A stretch of 64,000 nucleotides of DNA from Lachnospiraceae bacterium (GTDB taxonomy: Bacteria > Bacillota > Clostridia > Lachnospirales > Lachnospiraceae). The DNA lies in contig JAAWCE010000076.1 in NCBI GenBank assembly GCA_022793065.1, positions 595 through 64,594 of the forward strand. The letters are read 5' to 3'. The notes below the pieces were generated by a model, which searched no databases, was not told where the DNA came from, and saw only the letters and a program-made list of their open reading frames with translations. Shown here piece after piece: positions 45,834-54,991 of this stretch (positions are counted from its first letter, which is position 1; each line of letters starts with the position of its first letter). The translations under genes and the position numbers were made by a program.

Positions 45834-48800
45834 TTGGATAAATATGAATATAAAATAAGAGCGGATGAAATAAAAGAGCTGCTTGCACAGGAAAATTATG
45901 TACAGGCGGCGGAGATTGCCGATACCATAGATTGGCGCAGAGTAAAAAGTGTCATGATGCTTTGTATGATCAGTGATTTATATAAGTTTAACAGGCGTTA
46001 TGAAGATGCGAAAAATATATTATTGCTTGCATATGAGAGAAGACCTGGAGGGAGAACGATTTGTTACTCTCTCTGCGAAATGTGCATTAAAACGGAAGAT
46101 TTTTTACAGGCTGTTAATTATTATAAGGAATATGTGCAGGCGGCGCCCAAGGACCCCGGCAGATATATTCTGCAGTATAAACTTTATGAAGCACAGGATG
46201 TAGGTTTGGAAGAGCGCATTGGTGTGTTGGAAGAGCTGAAAAAAAGAGATTACAGGGAAAAGTGGGCGTATGAACTGGCATATCTGTATCATAGGGTGGG
46301 GCTTGCAACCCGGTGCGTGGAAGAGTGTGACGAGTTAATTCTGTGGTTTGGCGACGGAAAATATGTTGTAAAAGCCATGGAATTGAAAATGCTGCATGAA
46401 CCTTTGACGCCCATGCAGCAGCAAAAGTATGACCATCGTTTTGACGAACCTGTACAGGAAGAGGCGTCGGAGGATGAACAGTGGCTTGAGGAAAGTCAAG
46501 GGCAGGAAGCGGAGCAATGGAATGTTGCCAACCAGTTCCAGGGGGCGGAACCAGGAGGGGCATATGGCAGCGTCCTTGAAGGAAATCAATGGGGAGGAAG
46601 CGGTTCGACCCAGGCAGAAGACCGTTGGGAGGCGTATGGCAAGGAAAAAGAAGGCCAATGGGATGCCGACAGTCAGTCACAGGAAGAAGGCCAGTGGGGA
46701 GTAAACAGCGGCGTACAGGAAGAAGGCCAATGGGAGGCATATGGCCGGACGCAGGAAGAAAGCCAGTGGGATATATATGATCAAACACAAGGAAACGACC
46801 AATGGAGCGGAGAGGGTCTGATACAGAGACAGGAACCGTGGGAAAATGGCGCGGGGGCCCAGGATGCGGGGCATTGGGAGGCAATGGAGCAATCTGGGGA
46901 AGATGAAAGTTGGAATCAATCCGGCGGTCAAATTGAGAATGAGAGACAATGGGAAATATATAGGCAGGATATAGAGAGTGGTGTTGACGGAAGCATTTCT
47001 GACAATAGGAATGGGGAGGATTCCAAAGAACCGGAGGATGATTTGGATATCCAGGTTAAGACCATGGATGTAAGTCAGTATAATACAATTAATCTTCAGG
47101 CGGAACTGGCGGCTGGATTACAGGAGATATTGGGAGCGGAAGAAGCGGCAAAGGCGAAAGAGATGGAAACGTCAGCCAAATACGAAGAGTCTCCGGAAGC
47201 CGATACGGAAGTGTCAGCCAAATACGAAGAGTCTCAGGAAGCAGATGCGGAAGTGTCAGCCGAGTATGAAGAGCCTCAGGAAGCAGATGCGGAAGCGTCA
47301 GCCAAATACGAAGAGCCCCAGGAAGCGGACATGGAAGAGTCAGCCAAATACGAAGAGCCCCAGGAAGCAGATACGGAAACGAACGCCAAGTACGAAGAGT
47401 GCTGGGAAGCGGACATGGAAACGAATGTCAAGTATGAGGAGCTCCAGGAAGCGGACACGGAAATGGAAGCAATGGAGGATGCAGCAGAAGATGGGACCAT
47501 TGCGACGGAAATTTTCATGGAAGAGGAGATTGAGGAGCAAAGGACAGGAGAAACGGAGCCATGGCTGGAAGACGGACAATCTGCGGACCAAGCTCCAAGC
47601 TGCGAAGGATATGAGCAAGCGGCAGAGCTGTTTGTGACGGAAGAATTAGCAGATGCCGGCGTACATATGGAAGCTATGGAGGCATCTAATGCAGCCGGGG
47701 ATATGGAAACAATGGGAGAAGCTGATACCAGTCCGCACATGGAAACAAGTCATGAAACGGATGGAGCGTCATATACCGGCGGATATACGGAAGTGGAAGC
47801 TATATCAGAGGTTGGAGGATATGACGAAGGAAGCAGCGTATCCAATATAGGAGGACAGGTACAAGAGAACAGGATGCCAGCGTATGTGCCGGAACAGGAT
47901 TTGGTAAGAGATGATACCGCGGAGCTGGTTTTGGCACAGATGCGTCTGGAAAGTTTGGGGCTGCTGCAATCCCAACCGCAGCCTTCCAGGCAGGAGCCAA
48001 ATGAACCGGCAGCCAAGGAACAGGCCAGTGAATTCCCTCAGGAAGAGGACAGGCAGAGCGATATAATGATGCCTGAAAGTACTATGATCGAGAAGCAAAT
48101 CACAGGCCAGATGAAAATAGAAGATATATTGGCGGAATGGGAACAGACTAAGAAAGATAACCAGGAAAAATATAAGGAAGAAATTCGACAGGATGTACTG
48201 CGGCAGACCGGTCCCATGTTTACTGAATTTGAAGCGTCTGTTCGGGACAGTCTTTTGGCACAATTGGAAAAGGACAATCAAGGGGCAGGAGAGTTGGAAG
48301 AAATTGACCTGGACCAGAATGAATCCGGAAAAACGGATAAAATGATTTCCATGGAAGAAATCCGAAGGAGGACAACCGGCACATCAAAACGGAATGGGAA
48401 TGTGGGAAAGACCGGGAACGGATTTATGTCTGGTTCCGGCGATATTGGGGAAAACCAGGATACCATCGAAGGGACACAAATAAGAGGAAGACAAGCCAAA
48501 GCAGAGGAAATAAGAGAAAGGCGGTTGGAAACAGAGGAAGAAAGCATTGAAAGGCGGGAAGCCCAAACAGACCACATGGGAGAACCCCGGACTGCTGTGG
48601 AAGAAGCAGGAATGAGAGGGGCCGATATCACAGAGGGGGAAACGAGAGGGCAATCTCATGAAGAGAAAGAGGAAATGAGAGGGCAAACCCATGACCAAGC
48701 ACCTCAAACAAGGATCTCAGCGGCAGAGGACCAAACAGAAGAATACACACAACATTCCACAGAGATAGATGAGACTGGGAAAGCACAGGATGAGGGCGGT

Positions 48801-49748
48801 TTATGGGTGGAATCTATGGAAGATTACTATGGTTCAGAAGCCCATAAGAGAGCGGAGGCCGCAGCGGTATCTGCAGAGGGAGGCAAAGGGGCCGAAGAAA
48901 AGAGTACGTCCGTTCAAAGTGCAAAAACGGCTGGGAAGCGGAGCAGGGAAGCAGCGGTAGAAGATAAAGGCGCTTCCACGGAACGAGAGAAAGTGAAAAT
49001 CAGAGGGCTGACGCGGGAAGAAAAGGAATTATATGCGCCCTTTATCCAGAGCCGGACTGCCAGAGAAAAATTAGTTCAGGCAATTGATAATATCAGTATG
49101 GCTGCTTATACGGGCAATATTGTGATTACCGGCGAGGAAGGTATGGATACCATGACCTTTGCGAAGAATATGATTCGTGAGGTACAGATGACGGACAGCA
49201 ATTTCTCCGGAAAGGTGGCTAAGATTTCCGGAGAAAGCCTAAATGAGAGAGATATAAATGAAACGCTGTGGCATCTGAACAATGGTGCGTTAATCATATA
49301 TCACGCATCGGGTATGAATACCAGAACGGCGTCCTCTCTTCACAGAGCATTACAGCAGGAGAGTCTGGGAATCATTGTGGTGTTGGAAGATACAAAAAAA
49401 GCGATTCAAAAAATGTTCTTAGGAACACCGGAGCTGTATCATGATTTTACGGCCAGAATGGATTTGGAGGCCCTTAGCAATGATACCCTGGTAGCGTTCG
49501 GTAAAAGGTATGCCAGGGAAAAGGAGTATTCCATTGACAATATGGGAGTGTTGGCTTTGCATACAAGAATAGAAGAACTTCAGACCATTGACCATGTGGT
49601 GACTGTGGTAGAGGTAAAGAAAATCGTGGATGCAGCAATTCGGCATGCGTGCAGAAAAACGCCGGGGCATTTTTTTGACATACTCTTTGCCAGGAGGTAT
49701 GACGCTGAAGATATGATTATTTTGACAGAAAAAGATTTTGCTTATTAG
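45834..49748 (+). CDS. giant multidomain protein: TPR-like N-terminus, about 850-aa acidic repeat core, C-terminal degenerate SpoVK/CbxX-type AAA+ module
   Basis: This is a 1304-codon ORF with a TTG start 8 nt after GGGAG. The N-terminal 200 aa are helical-repeat-like. The C-terminal 260 aa align by eye with SpoVK-type AAA+, but Walker A reads GEEGMDTM and Walker B reads IIYHAS. Confidence 0.8.
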   Translation: MDKYEYKIRADEIKELLAQENYVQAAEIADTIDWRRVKSVMMLCMISDLYKFNRRYEDAKNILLLAYERRPGGRTICYSLCEMCIKTEDFLQAVNYYKEYVQAAPKDPGRYILQYKLYEAQDVGLEERIGVLEELKKRDYREKWAYELAYLYHRVGLATRCVEECDELILWFGDGKYVVKAMELKMLHEPLTPMQQQKYDHRFDEPVQEEASEDEQWLEESQGQEAEQWNVANQFQGAEPGGAYGSVLEGNQWGGSGSTQAEDRWEAYGKEKEGQWDADSQSQEEGQWGVNSGVQEEGQWEAYGRTQEESQWDIYDQTQGNDQWSGEGLIQRQEPWENGAGAQDAGHWEAMEQSGEDESWNQSGGQIENERQWEIYRQDIESGVDGSISDNRNGEDSKEPEDDLDIQVKTMDVSQYNTINLQAELAAGLQEILGAEEAAKAKEMETSAKYEESPEADTEVSAKYEESQEADAEVSAEYEEPQEADAEASAKYEEPQEADMEESAKYEEPQEADTETNAKYEECWEADMETNVKYEELQEADTEMEAMEDAAEDGTIATEIFMEEEIEEQRTGETEPWLEDGQSADQAPSCEGYEQAAELFVTEELADAGVHMEAMEASNAAGDMETMGEADTSPHMETSHETDGASYTGGYTEVEAISEVGGYDEGSSVSNIGGQVQENRMPAYVPEQDLVRDDTAELVLAQMRLESLGLLQSQPQPSRQEPNEPAAKEQASEFPQEEDRQSDIMMPESTMIEKQITGQMKIEDILAEWEQTKKDNQEKYKEEIRQDVLRQTGPMFTEFEASVRDSLLAQLEKDNQGAGELEEIDLDQNESGKTDKMISMEEIRRRTTGTSKRNGNVGKTGNGFMSGSGDIGENQDTIEGTQIRGRQAKAEEIRERRLETEEESIERREAQTDHMGEPRTAVEEAGMRGADITEGETRGQSHEEKEEMRGQTHDQAPQTRISAAEDQTEEYTQHSTEIDETGKAQDEGGLWVESMEDYYGSEAHKRAEAAAVSAEGGKGAEEKSTSVQSAKTAGKRSREAAVEDKGASTEREKVKIRGLTREEKELYAPFIQSRTAREKLVQAIDNISMAAYTGNIVITGEEGMDTMTFAKNMIREVQMTDSNFSGKVAKISGESLNERDINETLWHLNNGALIIYHASGMNTRTASSLHRALQQESLGIIVVLEDTKKAIQKMFLGTPELYHDFTARMDLEALSNDTLVAFGKRYAREKEYSIDNMGVLALHTRIEELQTIDHVVTVVEVKKIVDAAIRHACRKTPGHFFDILFARRYDAEDMIILTEKDFAY
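46473..46970 (+). repeat. degenerate periodic Trp-acidic repeats (about 14 copies of a [EQG]-[QEDR]-W-[EDGN] core every 9-15 residues)
   Basis: Copies read DEQW, AEQW, GNQW, EDRWEAYG, EGQWDA, EGQWGV, EGQWEAYG, ESQWDIY, NDQW, QEPWE, AGHWEA, DESW and ERQWEIY. Confidence 0.7.
47169..47462 (+). repeat. seven tandem in-frame 42-nt (14-aa) repeats, consensus xSAKYEE(S/P)QEAD(T/A/M)E
   Basis: Units begin at 47169, 47211, 47253, 47295, 47337, 47379 and 47421. Units 1-5 are near-identical at nucleotide level and units 6-7 are diverged. Confidence 0.9.
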
Positions 49749-49801
49749 GCTGGTGAAAGATAGAAAAATATACGCACCAGTGCGCACAGGGAGGTATAAA
49801 A

Positions 49802-51784
49802 ATGGCAAAAGAAGTTAAGACGGAAAAAAACGGTAAAGCGGAGGATATTTCCGAAAAAAGCCAAGAAAAACCAGGCTCCGGAAAAAATGAAATTGAGACG
49901 GTTTTCATTTCGGAGGCGGACCAGTATCTTTTTTCTCAGGGAACCCATTATGATATCTATAAAAAATTGGGCGCACATGTGTCCTGGGAGAACGGAGAAA
50001 CAGGCATTTATTTCGGCGTATGGGCGCCCAATGCGCTGCAGGTACATGTGGTAGGTACTTTTAACGGTTGGGATACGGAAGCCCATCCTATGGTAAAATT
50101 GGGGCCTGTGGGAATATGGGGATTGTTTGTACCGGGGATAGCGCCGGGAGAACTTTATAAATTTTTGATTACGGCGCAGGACGGCAGACGGCTTTATAAA
50201 GCGGACCCTTTTGCCAATTATGCGGAGCGCAGACCGGACACGGCTTCTATTATTGCCGATATGAATGGATTTGAATGGGAGGATAGTAAGTGGATGACCG
50301 AAAGGGCGAAAAAAGATATCCAGAAACAGCCCATGGCCATTTATGAGTGTCATATCGGCTCCTTTATGAAACATCCGGACGGAAAGGAGGGGTTCTATAA
50401 TTATCGTCAATTTGCGGATAGAATTGTGGAGTATATGAAAGAAATGAAATATACACATGTGGAATTGATGGGAATTTTGGAACATCCATACGACGGTTCA
50501 TGGGGATATCAGGTGACAGGATATTATGCGCCCACATCCCGATACGGTGTGCCGAAGGATTTTATGTATCTGGTGAATGAACTGCATAAGGCGGGAGTTG
50601 GTGTGATTCTTGACTGGGTGCCGGCTCATTTTGCACCGGATGCTCATGGGCTGGCAGAATTTGACGGCCAATGTATTTTTGAACATCCGGACCCACGAAT
50701 CGGAGAGCACCCCGATTGGGGAACCAAGGTATTTAACTATGCCAAGTTGGAAGTGAGGAATTTTCTCATTGCCAATGTATTGTTCTGGCTGAGAGAGTTT
50801 CATGTGGACGGTATTCGGGTAGACGCGGTGGCGTCAATGCTTTATCTGGATTACGGCAGGAGAGACGGGCAGTGGGTGCCGAATAAATATGGCGGAAAAG
50901 AAAACCTGGATGCCATAGAGTTTTTTAAACATTTAAATTCCGTTGTCAGAGGAACCTATCCCGATTTTATTACCGTGGCGGAAGAATCCACCGCGTGGCC
51001 CCATGTGAGCAGTGAAATCGGGGGAGACGGCCTGGGATTTACGTTTAAGTGGAATATGGGATGGATGCATGACTTTTGTGAGTATATGAAACTTGATCCC
51101 ATATACCGGAAAGGAAATCATTCCGCGCTCACATTCGCTATGAGCTATAATGAGCATGAGAAGTATATTTTGCCCCTGTCACATGACGAGGTGGTACATT
51201 TAAAATGCTCCATGGTGAATAAGATGCCTGGTTATCAGGTGGACAAATATGCCAATCTCCGTACCGCCTATACGTATATGTTCGGACACAGCGGAAAGAA
51301 ATTGTTGTTTATGGGACAGGATTTTGGTCAGGAAAGAGAATGGAGCGAGGAAAGGGAATTGGATTGGTTCCTGTTGGGAGAGAAGAATAACAAGGGATTA
51401 CATTCTTATGTGAAGGAATTGCTCAATATCTATCGTAAGTATCCGGCGGCTTATGAAATTGATGACAGTTGGGATGGCTTTGAGTGGATGAACGCAGATG
51501 ATGGAGAGAACAGTGTATATGCGTTCATCAGAAAATCTGCAAAGGAAACCAACAGTTTGCTGTTTGTATTGAATATGACGCCTGTAAAAAGGGAGGAATA
51601 TAAGGTTCCCGTACCAAAGAAGAAAAAGTACAAGCTGCTGTTAAACAGTGACGAGGAAAGGTTCGGCGGCTGGGGCAATGAAATCGAGAAGGAAATTGCG
51701 GCGGAGAAAGAGCCTTGCCAGAATCAGGAGTATTCTATTACATTAGATTTGCCCCCTTACGGCGCGGCGATATTTGTATTTTGA
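49802..51784 (+). CDS. glgB: 1,4-alpha-glucan branching enzyme
   Basis: GH13 motifs are present: DWVPAHF, GIRVDAVASM, AEESTAW and LSHDEV. An N-terminal CBM48-like region precedes them. Confidence 0.92.
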   Translation: MAKEVKTEKNGKAEDISEKSQEKPGSGKNEIETVFISEADQYLFSQGTHYDIYKKLGAHVSWENGETGIYFGVWAPNALQVHVVGTFNGWDTEAHPMVKLGPVGIWGLFVPGIAPGELYKFLITAQDGRRLYKADPFANYAERRPDTASIIADMNGFEWEDSKWMTERAKKDIQKQPMAIYECHIGSFMKHPDGKEGFYNYRQFADRIVEYMKEMKYTHVELMGILEHPYDGSWGYQVTGYYAPTSRYGVPKDFMYLVNELHKAGVGVILDWVPAHFAPDAHGLAEFDGQCIFEHPDPRIGEHPDWGTKVFNYAKLEVRNFLIANVLFWLREFHVDGIRVDAVASMLYLDYGRRDGQWVPNKYGGKENLDAIEFFKHLNSVVRGTYPDFITVAEESTAWPHVSSEIGGDGLGFTFKWNMGWMHDFCEYMKLDPIYRKGNHSALTFAMSYNEHEKYILPLSHDEVVHLKCSMVNKMPGYQVDKYANLRTAYTYMFGHSGKKLLFMGQDFGQEREWSEERELDWFLLGEKNNKGLHSYVKELLNIYRKYPAAYEIDDSWDGFEWMNADDGENSVYAFIRKSAKETNSLLFVLNMTPVKREEYKVPVPKKKKYKLLLNSDEERFGGWGNEIEKEIAAEKEPCQNQEYSITLDLPPYGAAIFVF

Positions 51785-51904
51785 TCGTTCTGTGGGAGAA
51801 AATTTGGGGGGATGCAGGGAGCGCGGAAACCTTGTACCCCAGGGGCAGATGGTGTGGAATATTGTAGGGCAGGGGTAAAGGTTTTGCAAATTTTTACCGA
51901 AATA

Positions 51905-51937
51905 AAGGGTAGGTGTGGATATGCACTTACCCTTTTT
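51905..51937 (+). terminator. intrinsic terminator after glgB
   Basis: A 7-bp stem (AAGGGTA / TACCCTT) encloses a 16-nt loop and is followed by TTTTT. Confidence 0.65.
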
Positions 51938-51985
51938 ATGTTGGAATTGAGTGCATGATTAAATCGGAATAGGAGAACAAATATT

Positions 51986-54952
51986 TTGAAAGTAGCATTC
52001 CCGGAGCAGGCGGTATCGGAAGCCGAAAAGCAGAAACAAAAAATAAATAAATACAGAACATCCCACAACGGCGAAGTGGCGACGGCAGGACAGGTTCCGT
52101 TTGCCGCTATGGTCAATGGCATACAGGATGTACCCGGTATGGGTGGCGAGAAGGGGAAGAGCCTGATTGAGCTTCAGCAGGAGGCCGGCAGCGCGGATGT
52201 TGCCCTTCAGCAGGATTTTATGACGGTAATGTCACATACCATGACAGCGGAAGATTATGCAAAAATGCAGGAAGAAGGTTTTGACCTGGGCAGCATGGAG
52301 CCGGAGGATGTAGTAACCATTGTGGATAAAATTAAGGCGGAATTGGTACGTTCCGGCCAGAATATTGTCGGATATACGGATGATATGGATATACAGACTC
52401 TGACGGCCGCTTTGGGCAGCCAGGCTTTGGCGCAAGCGGTTGCGGACAGTTTTACCGAAGCAAATGTGCCTTTGACGAAAGAGAATCTGTCGGCAGTATC
52501 TCAGGCATGGGAAATGAACACGCAACTGCAGCCTATCAGCGATGGTTCCCGCAGTTATATGATTGATAATGAAATGTCGGCGGAAATTTTTAACCTTTAC
52601 CTGGCTCAAAACAGCGGGGCGGGCAGAGGAAACAGTGCACCTAAATTTTATGCGGAGGATGTGCACGGCTATTATGCCCAGAGTGCGGGAGGGAAACCGC
52701 CCAGGCAGAATGAAGAACTTTTGGCGCAGATTGATAAGATAATAGAACAGTCCGGCAGGGAAGTGAATGAGGAAAGTCATAAGGATGCAGCATGGTTGTT
52801 GGACAGAGGCTTGCCTCTGACCTCTGAGAATCTGAATAAGCTTGCGGACCTTCAAAATCTGCAGCTGCCGGTGAAAGAAGAGCATTTTGCAAAAGCTGCA
52901 GCCGCGGCAGTGGCGGAGGGAAAGAACCCTATACATGCCGAAATTGCAGGGCGGAATGAAAATCTCTATGAAAAGGCAGCAGAGATTTCGGATTATTTTC
53001 ACAGTAAGGAATTTTGGGAGGCTAATGTAGGCGATATCACTGCCAGAAGGCAGATGGAGGAAATCCGGCTTCGCATGACGGCGGAAGTAAATGTAAAGTT
53101 GTTGAAGAGAGGATTTGCCATTGATACCGCGCCCATGGAAGAGCTGATTGAAGCTTTGAAACTGGCGGAGAGCCAGGTAGCAAACAGGTACTTCCCCAAA
53201 GATGCAGAAGCGGTTGAAAAATATCGTAATTACCATGCTGCGAATAGTGTGGCCACAGACTTGCCCAAGCTGCCGGCGGATGTATTGGGACCCTTTGCAC
53301 AAGGGAAAAACACCGCGTCTCTGGCAGAATTCCATAAGTCCGGTAAGGCATTGCAGGAGACTTATGAAAAGGCCCAGAGAAGTTATGAGACTTTGATGAC
53401 ATCTCCCAGAAGTGATATGGGAGACAGTATTCAGAAAGCCTTTGCCAATACGGATAATCTGCTCAAAGGCGTTGGTGCGGAACTTACGGATGAGAATCGC
53501 AGGGCTATTAGAATTTTGGGCTATAATCAGATGGAGATTACGCTTGAAAATATGGAAGCGGTGAAAGAGGCTGACAGACTGGTACAGGGTGTTATTGCCA
53601 AGTTGACGCCGGCTGCAACCTTGAAGATGATACGAGATGGTATCAATCCGTTGGAGAAGAGCTTTGGAGAATTGGAAGAGTATTTTGAGAAGCTGCCGCC
53701 GGAATATAAGAAGGAATCCGAGAGTTACAGCCGTTTCCTGTACGGGCTTGAGAGAAATGCGGAAATTACGCCGGAAGAGAGGGAGAGTTATATCGGAATT
53801 TTCAGGCTGGTGCGTCAATTGGAACGAGCGGACGGCGCAGCAGTGGGAGCGTTGGTGAATGCTCAGGCGGAGCTGCAGTTTTCCAATCTTTTGTCCGCAG
53901 TCCGAAACGGCAGACTGAAAGCGGTGGACGTGAAGGTAACGGAAGAGCTAAGTTCCGCAGCAGAGAAGATGCATAAAGTCAAAAAGGGAGACAGCATATC
54001 TTCTCAGATTGCCAAAGCGTTTGTCAAAACTGCCAATAAGGTAGTGGAGAAAGTGTCTTCTAACGAGAAGGCAGCAGCGGAATATAATAAGGCGCAACTT
54101 GAGGATCTGCGCAAGGCGGTTGTCACTGCGGATAAGGAATGTGTGGCCATGCTGCAGAGAGGAGAGATGTCTGCTACGGCGGATAATCTGATGGCAGCGC
54201 AGGCGTTGTCCCAGGGCGCGGAGAATATTTTCGTACAGGGCGATAAGCGTAAGAATAATGGAAATAAAACGGAGGATAAGCCCCAGGCTTCCGCAGAACG
54301 AAGCGATGCACAGGCGGCATCTGATTCGGCGGCGAAGCAGCCCAGCGGGCCCAGACGTGAAATTACCAACAGTAATGATTTGTGGGAGATTATGGATGAC
54401 AGGGAGCATTTTGTAGATACCTATGTGTCATTTGCTCAAAGTGCGATGGAGGCAGTGGAAGACGCCACATTTACGGAGGCTCAGAGCAGTCTTGATGTGC
54501 GCAGTATGCAGTTGAATCATAAGCAGCTTACAGTTGCCGCATCCCTGGCAAAGCAGGAAGAGTTTTTTATCCCGCTGCAAGTGGGGGATACTGTGACCCA
54601 GGTGCATCTTACCATTGACAGGAATAGCGCGGAAAAGGGTACTGTGACAGTGGGTGTGGCGCCCACCGAAGAGGATTATATGCAGGCGCGTCTTTATGTG
54701 GAAAAAGGCACCGTATATGGTATTTTTATGGGAGGGGCACAGAATGAGGTAATGAAAATGCAGGAAATAGCCGATACCTTTAGAAGAGAGGCAGGCAGCA
54801 ACTGGACTGTGGGGAACATTACCGTAGTGCCGGCGGGGGGCGGAATGCCTGATTTTATCAGGCCGGATGAGCACGTTCCTACGGAAAATGCGGAGCTGTA
54901 CCAGGTGGCAAAGGTATTTTTACATTCGGTTATGCTGACAACCGCCCATTAG
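51986..54952 (+). CDS. large uncharacterised protein directly upstream of flagellin (DUF6240-like, recalled; C-terminus FliK-like by eye)
   Basis: This is a 988-codon ORF with a TTG start after AGGAGA. It carries recurrent LTxENL modules (LTKENL, LTSENLNKL, LTDENRRAIRILGYN, ITLENM). The C-terminal segment reads FFIPLQVGDTVTQVHLTIDRNS...GTVTVGV...ARLYVEKGTVYGIF. Confidence 0.7.
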   Translation: MKVAFPEQAVSEAEKQKQKINKYRTSHNGEVATAGQVPFAAMVNGIQDVPGMGGEKGKSLIELQQEAGSADVALQQDFMTVMSHTMTAEDYAKMQEEGFDLGSMEPEDVVTIVDKIKAELVRSGQNIVGYTDDMDIQTLTAALGSQALAQAVADSFTEANVPLTKENLSAVSQAWEMNTQLQPISDGSRSYMIDNEMSAEIFNLYLAQNSGAGRGNSAPKFYAEDVHGYYAQSAGGKPPRQNEELLAQIDKIIEQSGREVNEESHKDAAWLLDRGLPLTSENLNKLADLQNLQLPVKEEHFAKAAAAAVAEGKNPIHAEIAGRNENLYEKAAEISDYFHSKEFWEANVGDITARRQMEEIRLRMTAEVNVKLLKRGFAIDTAPMEELIEALKLAESQVANRYFPKDAEAVEKYRNYHAANSVATDLPKLPADVLGPFAQGKNTASLAEFHKSGKALQETYEKAQRSYETLMTSPRSDMGDSIQKAFANTDNLLKGVGAELTDENRRAIRILGYNQMEITLENMEAVKEADRLVQGVIAKLTPAATLKMIRDGINPLEKSFGELEEYFEKLPPEYKKESESYSRFLYGLERNAEITPEERESYIGIFRLVRQLERADGAAVGALVNAQAELQFSNLLSAVRNGRLKAVDVKVTEELSSAAEKMHKVKKGDSISSQIAKAFVKTANKVVEKVSSNEKAAAEYNKAQLEDLRKAVVTADKECVAMLQRGEMSATADNLMAAQALSQGAENIFVQGDKRKNNGNKTEDKPQASAERSDAQAASDSAAKQPSGPRREITNSNDLWEIMDDREHFVDTYVSFAQSAMEAVEDATFTEAQSSLDVRSMQLNHKQLTVAASLAKQEEFFIPLQVGDTVTQVHLTIDRNSAEKGTVTVGVAPTEEDYMQARLYVEKGTVYGIFMGGAQNEVMKMQEIADTFRREAGSNWTVGNITVVPAGGGMPDFIRPDEHVPTENAELYQVAKVFLHSVMLTTAH
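54750..54777 (+). promoter_or_regulatory. candidate sigma-28 (SigD/FliA)-type promoter inside the 3' end of the upstream ORF
   Basis: The site reads TAAT, 16 nt, GCCGATAC, against the Bacillus consensus TAAA-N15-GCCGATAT. It lies about 215 nt upstream of the flagellin ATG. Confidence 0.3.
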
Positions 54953-54991
54953 GTTTTGACAGATGAAATAGAGGCAGAGGAGAGAACATAT

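Noticed and set aside
46114-48707. Multiple overlapping ORFs in other frames and on the antisense strand within the acidic core of the giant gene (for example 46114..46884, 47245..47637, 47276..47740, 47805..48281, 48278..48631)
   Set aside because: The purine-rich, T-poor sequence lacks stop codons in several frames. The products are low-complexity P/R/S/L strings with no starts in good context.
51876-51904. Sigma-28-like motif (TAAA-N17-CCGAAATA) upstream of the 988-aa gene
   Set aside because: The -10 element has a mismatch at a key position. The motif also runs directly into the glgB terminator hairpin (51905..51937), so transcripts from it would terminate immediately.
52232-53818. 528-codon open frame antisense to the 988-aa gene
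   Set aside because: Its product is rich in R/L/F/I/Q/C, which is what reverse-complementing E/K/A/L-rich GA-biased codons produces. It has no RBS and no recognisable motif, and it lies wholly inside a better-supported sense ORF. I treat it as a compositional shadow ORF. Its length is notable, and strand-specific RNA-seq would settle the question.
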